From Atractiella rhizophila (lineage: Eukaryota), in the NCBI GenBank assembly GCA_021432655.1, contig MU271218.1:1-37461 (forward strand): DNA of 37,461 bases, given 5' to 3'. The notes under the pieces are model-generated. The model made no database searches. It saw nothing but the letters and a program-made list of their open reading frames with translations, and had not been told where the DNA came from. Below, in pieces: positions 23,060 to 35,339 of this stretch (positions are counted from its first letter, which is position 1; each line of letters begins with the position of its first letter). The position numbers and the translations under genes are program-made.

Positions 23060-23330
23060 AAGCCGAATCATTCATTCCCACAAACATGCGTTCCTGTCAG
23101 ATTTGTGTTCTGTCTTATGTTTCTGTTTTCTTGCATGTAGCATGTTGATGTTGATGCTTTAGTGAAGAAGGGAGAGCAGTTGATCCGTATCCGATAGTGG
23201 TCACAGGGATCAGGAAGAAAAGTTCAAGATGGCAGATAGGGGATTGCATGGTATCGACCTCGCCGTAGACTGCACTGGAGCTAAGGTCCGTTTCTCCTTG
23301 CTTCCCACACTGCAATTTGAATGCCGGTGT
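23060..23330 (+). pseudogene. XDH/SDH fragment, unit 4a
   Basis: FKMADRGLHGIDLAVDCTGAK (23223-23286), preceded by intron-like sequence homologous to the other relics. Confidence 0.7.
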
Positions 23331-23449
23331 ATGGATAACTGATAGATGGACGGGAACATGTGTTAATCCAGAGGGCTATTTTCGTCAAGGATGACAGAGC
23401 ATATACATCTCAACCGAGTCCTTCCCATCACAGCCATCCTCACAAAGAA

Positions 23450-24890
23450 GTAAGGTCATATAGGCCCAAAGATCCGATGGTCTTGGGTCACGACACCGCT
23501 GGTGTAGTCGTCGGTGGTATGTCTCCACCTCTCCACTCCTCATCTCATATACTTAGCTAAACAACATGAACACAGTGAGGCTCAAATTCATGCAGCTCCA
23601 GCAGGGAGACCGCGTCGCCCTTGAGCCCAAAGAGGCATGTGGGATGCAAGGCGGGCAGGTATATGCTGTGCCCGTCCATCGACTTCGCTGACCCTCCTTT
23701 TGTGAGTTCTTCTCTCCTTCCTTTCTCCTCTTTGTGGCGTGCGCTGACTGCATTAGATGGCAGCATAGAACTCTGCGAGGCTTCTACGAGATCCTAAGAG
23801 ACCTGTAAGTCCCCCCCCTCTCCTCCCTCCTATCACTGACTTATCTCGTCTAATATCAATATGGACAAACTTCCTGACATGAGTACCAACTCTACTTCAT
23901 CGAAAATCTTGTATAACAATATCGGCTGCTGCTGTGATAACAGAATGTCTCCCGAGAAGAGGAAGCGATGATCGAGCCGCTCTCTATGGTGCAAATTGTG
24001 GGGCGTATCGGGGGGATGAAAGCTCGGTTGAACGTTTCCATCTGCGGGTTCGTCTTCCTCCAACGGTGTTGTGAAGATCTGGTCCTGTACGACTCCTTGC
24101 ACAGTCAGCCGCGAAGGCCTTAGACGCCAGAAAGATAATCGCCGTCGACATTCAAGTGTGGCAGGCTCGCTTCGGAGACTGTCGTTCCTCCCAACGTGTG
24201 TCAACCTCTAGCCTCTCTCATGCATGTTTTGTCTTACGTTTCTGTTCCTTTTATGGGTGTAGCGGATTTGTGTTTCAGCGTATGAGGGAGAGGAGAGAAT
24301 TGCGTAATCCAGGAGGGTCGCAGGGATCATGAAGGAGGAGCTTAAGGTTGCAGACAAGGGATTGGAGGGTATCGACCTCCCCGTAGACTGCATGGGGGTG
24401 ATGTCCGTTTGTCCTTGCGTTCCATCCTACAGTTTGCAGATCGGTGTCTTGATAGTGATGGATGGACGAGAACAGGCGTGCCTTCAGACTCCTACCTCGT
24501 CAAGGACAGCGGAACATACGCTTAAGTCGGCTAGGGCAATGAGTTCGTCCAGATGCCCGTCACTGCTATCCTCACAGAGGGGACAGTCAACGTTTCTTTC
24601 CGGTCCGTCCTCCCTCCTACCGCTTCCACTACAACGTTGTTCTGATGCTTCTTAGATTTACTGGATGAATACGGACAGGCAAGCAATTGATTTGTTCACT
24701 AGGGGCGTCGTAGACTGCTGAGCCGCTCATTACACATCGCTTGAAGTTCACGGATGCAATTTGCGCTTTTAAGATAATACAGTGTCACCACCTCTCTTCT
24801 CTTCTACCTTGATATCACGGAGTTGAAACCGAGTAACTATAGTTGGCCCTAGGACGCGATAAAGACCATCATCCACGGATACGGCGACGA
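23450..24890 (+). pseudogene. XDH/SDH relic, unit 4b
   Basis: PKDPMVLGHDTAGVVVG then a gtatgt donor (23465-23523), GDRVALEP, CKAGRYMLCPSIDFA, EEEAMIEPLSM, GPVRLLAQ, MKEELKVADKGLEGIDLPVDC, EPLITHRLKFTDAI and IKTIIHG. Confidence 0.88.
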
Positions 24891-25149
24891 GACTATTAAG
24901 GAATTGAAGGAACAAAAAGATGTGATATGTACTACACAAAGGGTTCAAGGAATCGTACCATTGCTATACCACAGCTTCGATCTTCGATGGCAACTCCTTC
25001 TGTTCTCTTAAGCAGTCCATCGTCGAATGCACAAGTCGTCGTTAACTGTAAGAACAACTCAAGCAAGACTCAAAGGCTGAATCAGTTTGTTTAACAATTG
25101 TGGCACTTTGGATGGAACTGGATGTCTTGGGCACATTTACAGGGAATCA

Positions 25150-25664
25150 GCAAAATTGTTTGCATGAGAGAAGACATCCTTAATACACACAAAGAGTGTC
25201 CTCCTCACAAACCCAACCTCTCAAGCCCTGAAGCTTCCTCAATAATCAACAGCAATTCTACTCCTTCCCATCCATCGTGTCATTCCCCGTATTCCTCGTT
25301 TCTTGATCCCCCAAGAACCAGCAGATAAACACTGGGAAATCCACTCGCTGCATAGAGTAACAAATAGCTTTGTCTTGTGTCGCATCTTGTTTCAATAGTG
25401 CGCATGGAAAGACTTGGTGCGGACGGGGTTCTAAGATTGCTCATAACAATCGAGCATGAGGTGTCAAGTATGAGGGAGGTGACCTTTGTGAGGTGCGTTA
25501 TGTTGAATAGTGGTAGCTGGACAGACGGCATTGTCCCGACCAAAGTCCAGCCCTGTTCGTAGTCACCAATTTTCAATGCTGTGTTAGATAGAGAAGGATA
25601 CGAACTGCGGAACTTGTTCTCATGTCGTCTCTAGAACGCAAGTGAAATCTGAGTATCTCCAGCA
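25150..25664 (-). pseudogene. Decayed duplicate of the F-box/LRR C-terminal region, unit 4
   Basis: ORF 25280..25576 LFNITHLTKVTSLILD..MSNL resembles LDFSHLKHLTSLYLD..TSNL; 25307-25340 reads DFPVFICWFLG on the minus strand. Confidence 0.62.
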
Positions 25665-27476
25665 TCACTCCTCCCCACCCTCCCGAACCCATGAATATTT
25701 GTCCTTGTCGAAATCTCTCAAGGCGCTCCTGGCCATGCATATCTCTCCCTCAGGCCACGCTCCAAAGAATAGCTGTACCGTCAACCAGTGCCCTCTAATT
25801 GTCCTCATCTTTTCAGCTCCATCCACTGTATCCCCCTCCTCCTTCACCCTCTGTCCCCAAAGAACCAGCAGATGAAGTCTGAGAATACGAACCCTGTGAA
25901 TCCCCAGTCCACCACACAATACCGAACATCTATGATGGTTATCGCTTTTGCATTTCTGAGGGTGTGGAAGAACTGGGGGGAAACGAGGTTGGAAGCTTCC
26001 TCACCGCCGTCGAGGTAGAGGTTAGTGAGATGTTTGAGGTGTGAAAAGTCGAGTGGACTGGGTAGGATGGAGGTCTTTCCAGCGAGCAAGTTGGGGGCGA
26101 GCTTGATCTCGAGATATTCGAGGAGAGGCGGCAGACAGGAGCCTGAGACGGAGGGAGGGAGGGGACACAGATTGGAGAGAATCAGCCGTGTGAGGGTGAG
26201 TGGGAGGGAGAGCGATGGGAGAGGCGGGTATGTGTGAAGCTCTAGGGAGTTGAGGTTAGATGATAATCGGAGGCCTGGTGGTGTCGACGAGGCAGAGTCC
26301 TCCACGTCGTGAGCTTCGAAGAATTTGATCCTGTCACCCATCCTCTGCATAAAATTCTCAACCTCATCCTTCTTCCACATTCTCCAACCTCGCCCTCCAA
26401 ACCTTACGTCATCCAACTTCCTCAAGCCTTCAATCGCATGCAACACAATCTTCGCCTCCTCTTCATTCCACAATGCATCCATCCACACGTCCGTAACGTT
26501 CGGTGCGCCCGCGATGACGTCTTTCGCCATCTCAACGCTGATGTCATCTCTCTCAAATGAGAGGGATGTCTGCAAATGCCCGGCATTAGGATAAGCTGTC
26601 AAAAGAAAATGCAACTCCTTCACAGAAACATATTTGTTCAAATGTGGGACTGAAACAGCCTTCCAACGCTGACAGACGGCAGAAAGTCGCTCGAAGTCAA
26701 CAAGATATCCAGTACCTTCTATGAGCCTTTCAGATTCATCGAATGAAAGAAACTCGAAGATGAGTGAGAGGATCTCAGTAGGAAGGTGCGTGATACTGCA
26801 TAAACTAATACCTGTAGATCGAGTTGTGGAGAGGGACAGTTGGATGGTTGTCCCCAGACCGGTGGATGGGATGGTTGATTCCTCCCATTCGCTGAGAGGA
26901 ATGAAATGCCATTGCTCCTTGGAGTATAGGGCAATGGGTTCAAAGAGGACCTGAGAGTGATTATCTGGAAGATGAAACGTGCTTGTGAAGGGCTGCATGT
27001 CAAGGTCGTCCATATCCTCGGATGCAAGATATTTGGCATCCCCAAAAGTCACCGCAATACTTTCCTCCTCCAACGCGATGCAAAGAATCGCTGTACCGTC
27101 GGGTTCGACTTCATTTTCAAGACCTGCCAGAGAGAAGTAGGATGATTTCGACGGCCCATAATACTCGCTCCAGAAGTCAATAGGCAAGACAAATGTGATC
27201 CGGAGCATGTGAATTGATGAAGGTAGGCCAGAAAGGAAAGAGGGGAGAATGGAGAGGTGGATTGAAGTGCCATGTTCTAACGTTACTGGGGTGATGAGAT
27301 GGACAAGTGCGATAGACTCTGCTCCCTGATCATCCTTCAGTGACATCAATTTTTCCTTCTCTATCATCCCTGGAGAAGATATGCAGGACTAAAGCCCACG
27401 AAGTCATGTTAAACGAGACAAGAGAAGGGGAAAGATCATATCATGCCTGCAGCGCATCCGCCCGTTGTCCAACCAT
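25665..27476 (-). pseudogene. F-box/LRR-like protein, copy 4 (1-bp frameshift near the 3' end; pseudogene, truncated allele or sequence error)
   Basis: ORF 25844..27367 stops after FICWFFGDRG. At 25847-25851, ttca-ccctc-tgtcccc has 5 nt where copies 2 and 5 have 6. The normal tail VKEEGDTVDG...WVREGGEE* continues in another frame to 25665. Exon 1 MVGQRADALQ is at 27447..27476. Confidence 0.8.
27389..27446 (-). other. 58-nt GC-AG intron, F-box copy 4
   Basis: CAG|GCATGA...TTTAAC...TTTAG|TCC; phase 0. Confidence 0.72.
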
Positions 27477-27799
27477 CTCGACATTCTCTGCGCAGTGATC
27501 AGACATCACGATCGTGAGGATGGAGATTGCAAAACCGATCGTGGGAGTCGGATTAGGCGACCGTTTGCAATTAGGACAGATTAGGATGATGTTGGGTGGA
27601 ATAAGTCTGCGTCCGGACAATGAAGGCTTTAGTTCTCTAGCACTTGACTACCACATAGTGCCACAGGAAATCCTAAAATATGTAAAAGAATTGAAATCCT
27701 TTGCAACACTAGTACCTAAATTACACTGCAATTCAAATGAGAGCTAGTGCAGAACGCTCTGATATTGATGCTTCGCCAGGAATGATCTGATTGTAAGAG

Positions 27800-29990
27800 G
27801 AAAGACTAGATAGAGAGATAGGGCAGTTAGCAACAGGATGGCAGATGGAGCGGAAGTCACTTGCATCTCAGCGAGAATATAGGTGATGTTCGAGTCAGGA
27901 GTGGGAGACAAGAGGGACGGAGGGCAGAGGCCGAGGAGCATGACAGAGGGGCCGACCTAGACATCCTCTTGTGGCTCCTGATCCAACACTGTCCCACTAC
28001 CCTCCTCTTTCTTCATCAGGTATTTCATGGTTGACCTTGATGTCACGAAGCAAGCGCCAGTGGAATATAATCCAAGGAGTGCGAGCCGGAGTGGGGCGGA
28101 AGATGCAGGATGAGGCGGGAGAGAGAATAGCACGGCGGCATGGAACACGGGAGAGGCATAGCAGGTGAGAGATGCGAAGGAATGCGATCAGAGTGCGAAG
28201 AAAGTGCGACGCATCCCTCCGACATCCTCTTGTCACATACCCTCCCTGCTACCCAACATCCAACCTGCGTGAGGGGGTGGAGTGCAAGAGGACGTGGAGT
28301 GAGACTATCAGAAAAGGGGGCAGTGAAGGATCTAGTCTGCATGTCAGTCAGGACACTTGTGGGAAGGAAAGAGAGGGAGAAAGGGAATATCCTGACAGCA
28401 GAAGGAAAGTCCCAACGAACCTAGCATGCGAAAAAAGGCAGAGGGGTTGGCAAAATGCGAAATGAAAGGCGAACCTTGGCGCAGAGGGTAAGTGCAGCAA
28501 AGAGAGATGAGAGAGGTCGAAAAGGAGTAGAAGAGACGCCGGGACGGTCTTCTCACGTCCTTCTGCGATCACGGACCGAATTCGTCCCCTCTGTCCACCA
28601 TTTTCAGCATTTGGGTTGATTTTAGATGCCTATTTTGCGAAAGAAGGTGGAAGAGATTGGTGGAGGCGAGAATAGCCAATAGTGAAGGGCCAGAGAAGGG
28701 CGAGGCGGCGAAAGACGGCGGCTCGAGTGGGATGGGCGAATGGGTTGGCAAGCACTTTTTTTTGACCTCCTTTCCCACCCCATCTGAACCACAGTCGACC
28801 TCCTTCGCCATCACGCGTCCCAACTACGCTTCGCGGTTGACTTGCGATGTCCACGGTGAAGCAAGTTGCTCACAGTGGAGGGACGACTGAAGCGGGCTTG
28901 GGATGGTAGAGAGCGAGGCGAAGTGACAGGGCAACTGTGGGTGAGAGAAAGCATAACTCATGCCTCTCCGATGTCTAGGCTCAATCCCCGATGCGCTGTC
29001 TCACTCCGTCCTCTACTTTCGCTATCCGACCTCCAACTTCGCCGCAGCGTTCATTTCGGAGGACAGAAAGGTCGCTGGAGGAGCGGAGGATGATGGATGT
29101 TGGCAGGGGCAGGGGCAGGTGTGGGGAGAGAGGGATGCTGGAGCGAGAGAGGCGAGAGTCGTGGCGAGGATTATAGGGAGTGGAATAGGTCGGATGGAGG
29201 TTGAGACTGGTGCAGGACGGCGCTTACTGCTTCCCTCTAACTGCCCTCTCGCTTCGTAGCCTGGCAATGAGGGTAAGTCAGGACGCGGGGAGGGACGAGC
29301 AGTGCTGAGGCGCGACGGAGTTGCAGGGGGAGAGGGGCGATAGCTATTAGGGTGACGGGAGAAAAACCTAATACCTATGTCAGTAAACGCAAATGCAAGC
29401 AGAGGGAGAGGGAACGAGACGGTCACCTCTTCTCTCGTACCACTCTGTCCCTTCGATCTTTGTCACACTTGGCCTTCCATTACGCAACATTCTGTTGGCA
29501 ATGTATCTTTATTCCTTCCCTTCTTCCCTTCTTCGCGCTAATTGCACTTGTCCATTCATCACTTGCGCACACCCTCGCTACCGTCTCCACTCCCTGCGCC
29601 CCCCACCCTGTCGAGCCTGCTCTGTCACCAGCTCTCCAAGTATTTCGGTTCGTACCACCTTCATCACCCGTAGTCTAGGAAGGGTCCATCAGCAGAAGGG
29701 GACGGTGGGGGATAGCTACGGTGAAGAGTACTGAGGAGGAGAGAGGAGCCGGAGGTGATGCCGAAGGTGACTGGGATAGGAGAGGATACCAGCACTATCC
29801 ACGGTGAGGGAGACCAGCGAGACGCGAGAGAGGTGAGGCATGGGACTGCATTAAACGGCTAGCTCAGAGGGAGAAAGAGGGAACGGCGGCGGAGATGGAG
29901 AGACCGAAGGAGGATGTTCGGAGACGGTGTACTAGTGAGTGCTTGCGGAGGCGGAGGAGATGAAAGGACAAGTGGTGACGGTGCTCAGTT
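27800..29990 (-). pseudogene. Gene X relic, unit 5
   Basis: Colinear with the other copies; intron GTGACC..ACTGAC..TTAG near 29368-29425. Confidence 0.45.
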
Positions 29991-30494
29991 TCGGAGGACT
30001 AACAGAAAACTCATTCGCTTCGCTTTCACGCGTCAAATTCGGCGTTCCTAACGCGCAAGATCTTACGAGACACCAGTCTGTCTTCCTTTCTTTCCTATGT
30101 ACAACTTGCAACCAATCAAAAAATGGATGCAAGATCCATGCAAGAACATCGGTGGTTCCGACGTCCGCTATTGGCAACCATTATGCACCATTCTGTTACT
30201 AATGCATCTTATTCCCTCCCTTGTATTCCTTTCCTTCCTGCGTCCACCTTGCGGCTAATGAAAGGGTGGATGCAGCATCCACGCAAAGGCGTCTGTGATT
30301 CCGACGTCCGCAAATGTGAAGATCGTGGATTTCAGCGTCAAAGTAGCTATGGTCTAGGGTCACAAAACTGCCGACGTAGTCGTTGCTAGTATCACCTCTC
30401 CCCTCTCGTCTCTCATCCACTTGCGAAATGAACATGGTTTTGCCCCAAAGTCACACACCTCAAGAAGGGAGATCGCGTCGCACTTGAGCCCATA
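29376..30494 (+). repeat. 1119-bp direct repeat A
   Basis: Virtually identical to 32844..33962 (offset 3468). The only difference I spotted by eye is gttact vs gttagc. Confidence 0.92.
29995..30494 (+). pseudogene. XDH/SDH 5' fragment, unit 5a
   Basis: Unit-3-type 5' part, truncated right after KKGDRVALEP at 30494. Confidence 0.75.
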
Positions 30495-31700
30495 TTCACG
30501 GGTCAAATTCGCGACGCGCCGCGTTCCCAATGATGCGCAAGCAAGGATCTCACGAGACACCACTCTGTCTTCCTTTCTTTCCTATGTTCGACTTGCAAAA
30601 GAATGGATGTAGGATCCACGCAAGAACATCTGTGGTACCAATGTCCGTGCATGGGCAAGATCGCAGATGTCATTATCAACATCCTACAGTATCGTCTAGA
30701 GTCACGAAACTGCAATAGTCGCTGCTGGTACGTCTCCACCTCTCCTCTCTCGTCTCGCTTGCTAAAGAAAATGAACATAGTTTGACACAAAGTCATCCAC
30801 TCAAGAAGGGAGATCGCGTCGCATTTGAGCCCGGAGAGAGACTTTTAGGACATGTCCTGACTGCAAGGCGGGAAGGTATGAGCTATGCCCTTCCATCAAG
30901 TTCGTCGTGACCCCGCCTTTCGTGAGTATTCCTCTTCCTTCTGTGGTACATGTTTGGGTTCTAACTCATTGGATGGCCGGACGGAACTCTCCGCGGGTCT
31001 ACAAGCTCCAAGGCGACCTGTACAATCTGTCCCTCCCGTCTATTCCTCTCTCCGATCGCTAACTTTGACTTGTCATGTCTGCAGTGGAAGCGCCTACACT
31101 TCCGGACTTGCTTTCGATTGCCTGCTCGCAGGGATTATCTTGTAAAACAACACCGACTGGACTGAACGTTTCCCTAGAAGAAGGAGCGAGGGTCGAACCG
31201 CTCTCCGTGGCTGTCCAAAGCGTGGGACGTATCAATGGATGAAAGCTGGGTTGAACGTCGCCATCTGCGGATTCATCTTCCTCGCCCTTCTCCTCCTCCA
31301 TCGGTAAAAGAAAACAATACTAACGGTGTTGTGAAGAGCTGATCTGTAGGAACCCTCGCACAGGCGGTCGCGAAGGCCTTTGCCGCTAGAACGATGATCG
31401 CCGTCGAGATTCAAGAGTGGTAGGATCACTTTGGCGAACAAAGGCGTGGGATCGAAGTTCATGCCCCCCAGACGTGCCTCCAACTCTAACGTCTCTTATG
31501 CATGACTTGTCTCATGTTTCCGTTTCTTTTTGACCGTCGTGTTTTGCGTTTGTGGTTTCGCGAAGGAGGGATAGCAGAGGATAGCGTACTCGAGGACGAC
31601 GGAGAGGATCATGAAGAGGAGTTCAAGGTTGCATACTACGGATTGGAGGGTATCGACCACCCTGTAGACATTACGGGAGGTGTGGACCAGGAGAATGGGG
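30495..31700 (+). pseudogene. XDH/SDH relic, unit 5b (near-copy of 2a)
   Basis: Nearly identical to 8100..9300, with the same motifs. Confidence 0.82.
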
Positions 31701-32499
31701 TCTTGTTCCCCGTTCCAACCTCGACATCCCAGCACAACATTTTGTGAGCCGGGAGTAGGCGCTCGTGTGTCTTAGGCGGTATGTTACCGCTCCTTCATGT
31801 GCCATGTATATATGGCAGAGTGTTGAGGTGAGTTTCGAGGAGACCGTATCCACCTCGGGCGCGGAGAGTCATGTAGGATGTGCTACGAATCCAATGCGGG
31901 AAGGTGGGAGCTCTTTCCCTTCATCGAATTCCCCGCTACTTTTCGCTTCCGTGAACTTTCCCACTTCCTTCTCTCTCCTTTTCGTGGTACGCAACTTCGT
32001 GCTGACTTGATTGGTTGGCAGGGCGGTCGCTGCGAGACTACAGACTATGGCAAGACTTGTACATTATTTTACAATACCCCTCCGCTCTCCAAACGCTGAC
32101 TTATCTGGTCCGTGATGACAGAGCCTACAGATTTCCCGATGTACGTTCCAGGTCCCCTACTCTCGTCGAATATGTCGTATAACGGACTGCTGGTGTGACA
32201 ACAGAACGTCTCCGTAGATGAAGGGTTCCATGATCGAACTGCTCTCCGTGATCCTTCAAAGCCTAACATGTATCGGAGTATGAAAGCAAAGTTGAAGGTT
32301 GAACTTTACCTTCGTCAGGTTTATCTCCCTCCCTTTCTCTTATAGCCTTCGAATAAAAAGTCAATACGCGCCAACTTGTGTTGTGAACAGCCGATCCAAG
32401 AGTGCTACTTGCACAGGCAGTCGCGAAGCCGTTAGGTACTTGAAGGATAAAGCTGTCGATATTTAGGAGCGTAGGCTAGCTTTCGAAAACAAGTACGTG
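30498..32499 (+). repeat. ~2-kb recent duplicate of 8101..10112
   Basis: Colinear and highly similar, with scattered substitutions and small indels. Confidence 0.92.
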
Positions 32500-32843
32500 G
32501 GGTTGGAGACTTTTGTTCCTCCCAAACGTGTGTCGACCTCTAACCTCTCTCATGCGCGTCCTGTCTGACGTTTCCGTTCCGACAACAGGCGTGCATTCAG
32601 ACCGTCTAACTTGTCAAGGATGGCAGAACGTGCGTCTAAGTGGGAATGGGCACCGAGTTCGTTCCAGGCGCCCGTCACTGCCATCCTCACGAAAGAGGTG
32701 ACCCTCAAGGTTCTTTCAGTTCAGTCCTCCCTCCTACGTTTTGCACTATAATGTTGTTCTGACGCTTCGTAGTTATTGATTTGCTCGATGAATACAGAGC
32801 GAGTGTTATGAGTAAGCAAATGATTTGTTCGCTAGCGGCCCTA
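31740..32843 (+). pseudogene. XDH/SDH relic, unit 5c (near-copy of 2b but retaining more middle sequence)
   Basis: Matches 9350..10112, then continues with GLETFVPPK, a VGMG-like segment and PVTAILTKEVTLK before being cut at ~32843. Confidence 0.8.
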
Positions 32844-33962
32844 TATGTCAGTAAACGCAAATGCAAGCAGAGGGAGAGGGAACGAGACGGTCACCTCTTC
32901 TCTCGTACCACTCTGTCCCTTCGATCTTTGTCACACTTGGCCTTCCATTACGCAACATTCTGTTGGCAATGTATCTTTATTCCTTCCCTTCTTCCCTTCT
33001 TCGCGCTAATTGCACTTGTCCATTCATCACTTGCGCACACCCTCGCTACCGTCTCCACTCCCTGCGCCCCCCACCCTGTCGAGCCTGCTCTGTCACCAGC
33101 TCTCCAAGTATTTCGGTTCGTACCACCTTCATCACCCGTAGTCTAGGAAGGGTCCATCAGCAGAAGGGGACGGTGGGGGATAGCTACGGTGAAGAGTACT
33201 GAGGAGGAGAGAGGAGCCGGAGGTGATGCCGAAGGTGACTGGGATAGGAGAGGATACCAGCACTATCCACGGTGAGGGAGACCAGCGAGACGCGAGAGAG
33301 GTGAGGCATGGGACTGCATTAAACGGCTAGCTCAGAGGGAGAAAGAGGGAACGGCGGCGGAGATGGAGAGACCGAAGGAGGATGTTCGGAGACGGTGTAC
33401 TAGTGAGTGCTTGCGGAGGCGGAGGAGATGAAAGGACAAGTGGTGACGGTGCTCAGTTTCGGAGGACTAACAGAAAACTCATTCGCTTCGCTTTCACGCG
33501 TCAAATTCGGCGTTCCTAACGCGCAAGATCTTACGAGACACCAGTCTGTCTTCCTTTCTTTCCTATGTACAACTTGCAACCAATCAAAAAATGGATGCAA
33601 GATCCATGCAAGAACATCGGTGGTTCCGACGTCCGCTATTGGCAACCATTATGCACCATTCTGTTAGCAATGCATCTTATTCCCTCCCTTGTATTCCTTT
33701 CCTTCCTGCGTCCACCTTGCGGCTAATGAAAGGGTGGATGCAGCATCCACGCAAAGGCGTCTGTGATTCCGACGTCCGCAAATGTGAAGATCGTGGATTT
33801 CAGCGTCAAAGTAGCTATGGTCTAGGGTCACAAAACTGCCGACGTAGTCGTTGCTAGTATCACCTCTCCCCTCTCGTCTCTCATCCACTTGCGAAATGAA
33901 CATGGTTTTGCCCCAAAGTCACACACCTCAAGAAGGGAGATCGCGTCGCACTTGAGCCCATA
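32844..33962 (+). repeat. 1119-bp direct repeat A'
   Basis: Second copy of 29376..30494. Confidence 0.92.
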
Positions 33963-35035
33963 GAGAGACTTTTAGGGGTGATGCGACTGCAAGAGGGGAA
34001 CGTATGAACTATGCGCTACCATAGAGTCTGCAGCCACTCCTCCTTTCGTCTGTCATTCCTCTTCCTTATGTCCCCTCTGTGGTACATGTTCCGGTGCTAA
34101 CTGCATTGAACGGCAGGACGGAACTCTCCAAGGGTTCTACGAGCTCCGAGGCTACTGCACGGCCTCTCCCTCTCGTCTACTCCTCTCCCCAATCGCGACT
34201 TATCACGTCTGTACTAGAAGTGCCTGCAAACTTCAGGATGCGCGTTCGATTCCCTGCGCTCCATGGATTATGTTTTGATCGAAACCCACTGGAACGAACA
34301 TTTTTCTGGAAGCGTCGATGGTCGCATCGCTCTCTGTGGCCGTTCAAAGCTTGACATGTATCAGTGGATAAAAGCTAGCTTGAACGTCGCCACCTGAGGG
34401 TTCGTCTCCCTCCCCTTACTCCTCCTCTATCTGTTGAACAAACAATAATAACGTTGTTGTGAAGAGCCGGTCCCGTAGGACTCCTTGCACAGGCAGTCGG
34501 GAAGGCGTTGGCCCGCTAGAAGGATAATCGCCGTCGACATTCATGAGCCGCAGGCTGGCTTCACAAACATGTATGTGGGATCGGAGACTTTCACGCCTCC
34601 CAAACGTGCGTCCACCTCTGACGTCTCTTCTACATGACTTGTCTCATGCATCTCTTTCTGTCTTTGCGTCGTGCCCGTCACTGCCATCTCCACGAAGGAG
34701 GTGACCATCAACGGGTCTTTCCTGTCCATCCTCCGTCCTACCGCTTGCACCATAACGTTGTTCTGACATTTCTTAGTTATTGATTTGCTCGATGGATACG
34801 AACAGGATGCCATGGGCAAACAATTCATTGGTTCGTTAAGGGCCACGTACACTGCTGAGCCGCTCATCACACATCGCTTCAAGTTCAGGGATGCAATTCG
34901 CACCTTTAAGACAATACAGGCTCGCCTCCTCTCTTCCCTTCGCCTTCATGTCACAAAGTTGAAACCTGGCCATGATGCTTCGCTGCAGGACGGGATGGGG
35001 ATGACGAGATTGAAATCGTCATCGACGGATACGTT
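33465..35035 (+). pseudogene. XDH/SDH relic, unit 5d (near-copy of unit 3)
   Basis: AGPVGLLAQAV, PVTAISTKEVTINGSF and EPLITHRFKFRDAIRTFKTIQ (34857-34919). Confidence 0.85.
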
Positions 35036-35339
35036 AACGAATGAACCTTGCAGCTCCGTGCATGCAACTCTCAGACTATGAAGGAAATAAGGAACAAAAA
35101 GATGGAATATAAACTACCAGAAAGGGTTCATGGAATGGTACCATGGTTATGGTTATACCACACCTTCGATCTTCGACGACAGCTCCTTCTGTTCTCCTAA
35201 GTAGCTCATCTTTGAATGCACGAGTCGTCGTCAAATGTAAGAACAACGCAATCCTGACTCAAACTGTGAATCAGTTTCTTTACAAGGCAATTTTTGGGCG
35301 GAACTTGTTATCTTCGGCACTTTTACAGGGAATCAGAAG

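Noticed and set aside
23360..23560. Functional dehydrogenase gene suggested by ORF ...KDPMVLGHDTAGVVVG
   Set aside because: The catalytic-Zn GHE is GHD here, the upstream CGSD exon is absent and the downstream exons are frameshifted; treated as a pseudogene.
29376..33962. LTR retrotransposon interpretation of the 1.1-kb direct repeats
   Set aside because: No TG...CA termini and no gag/pol remnants; both the repeats and the interior are array-derived X/XDH sequence.
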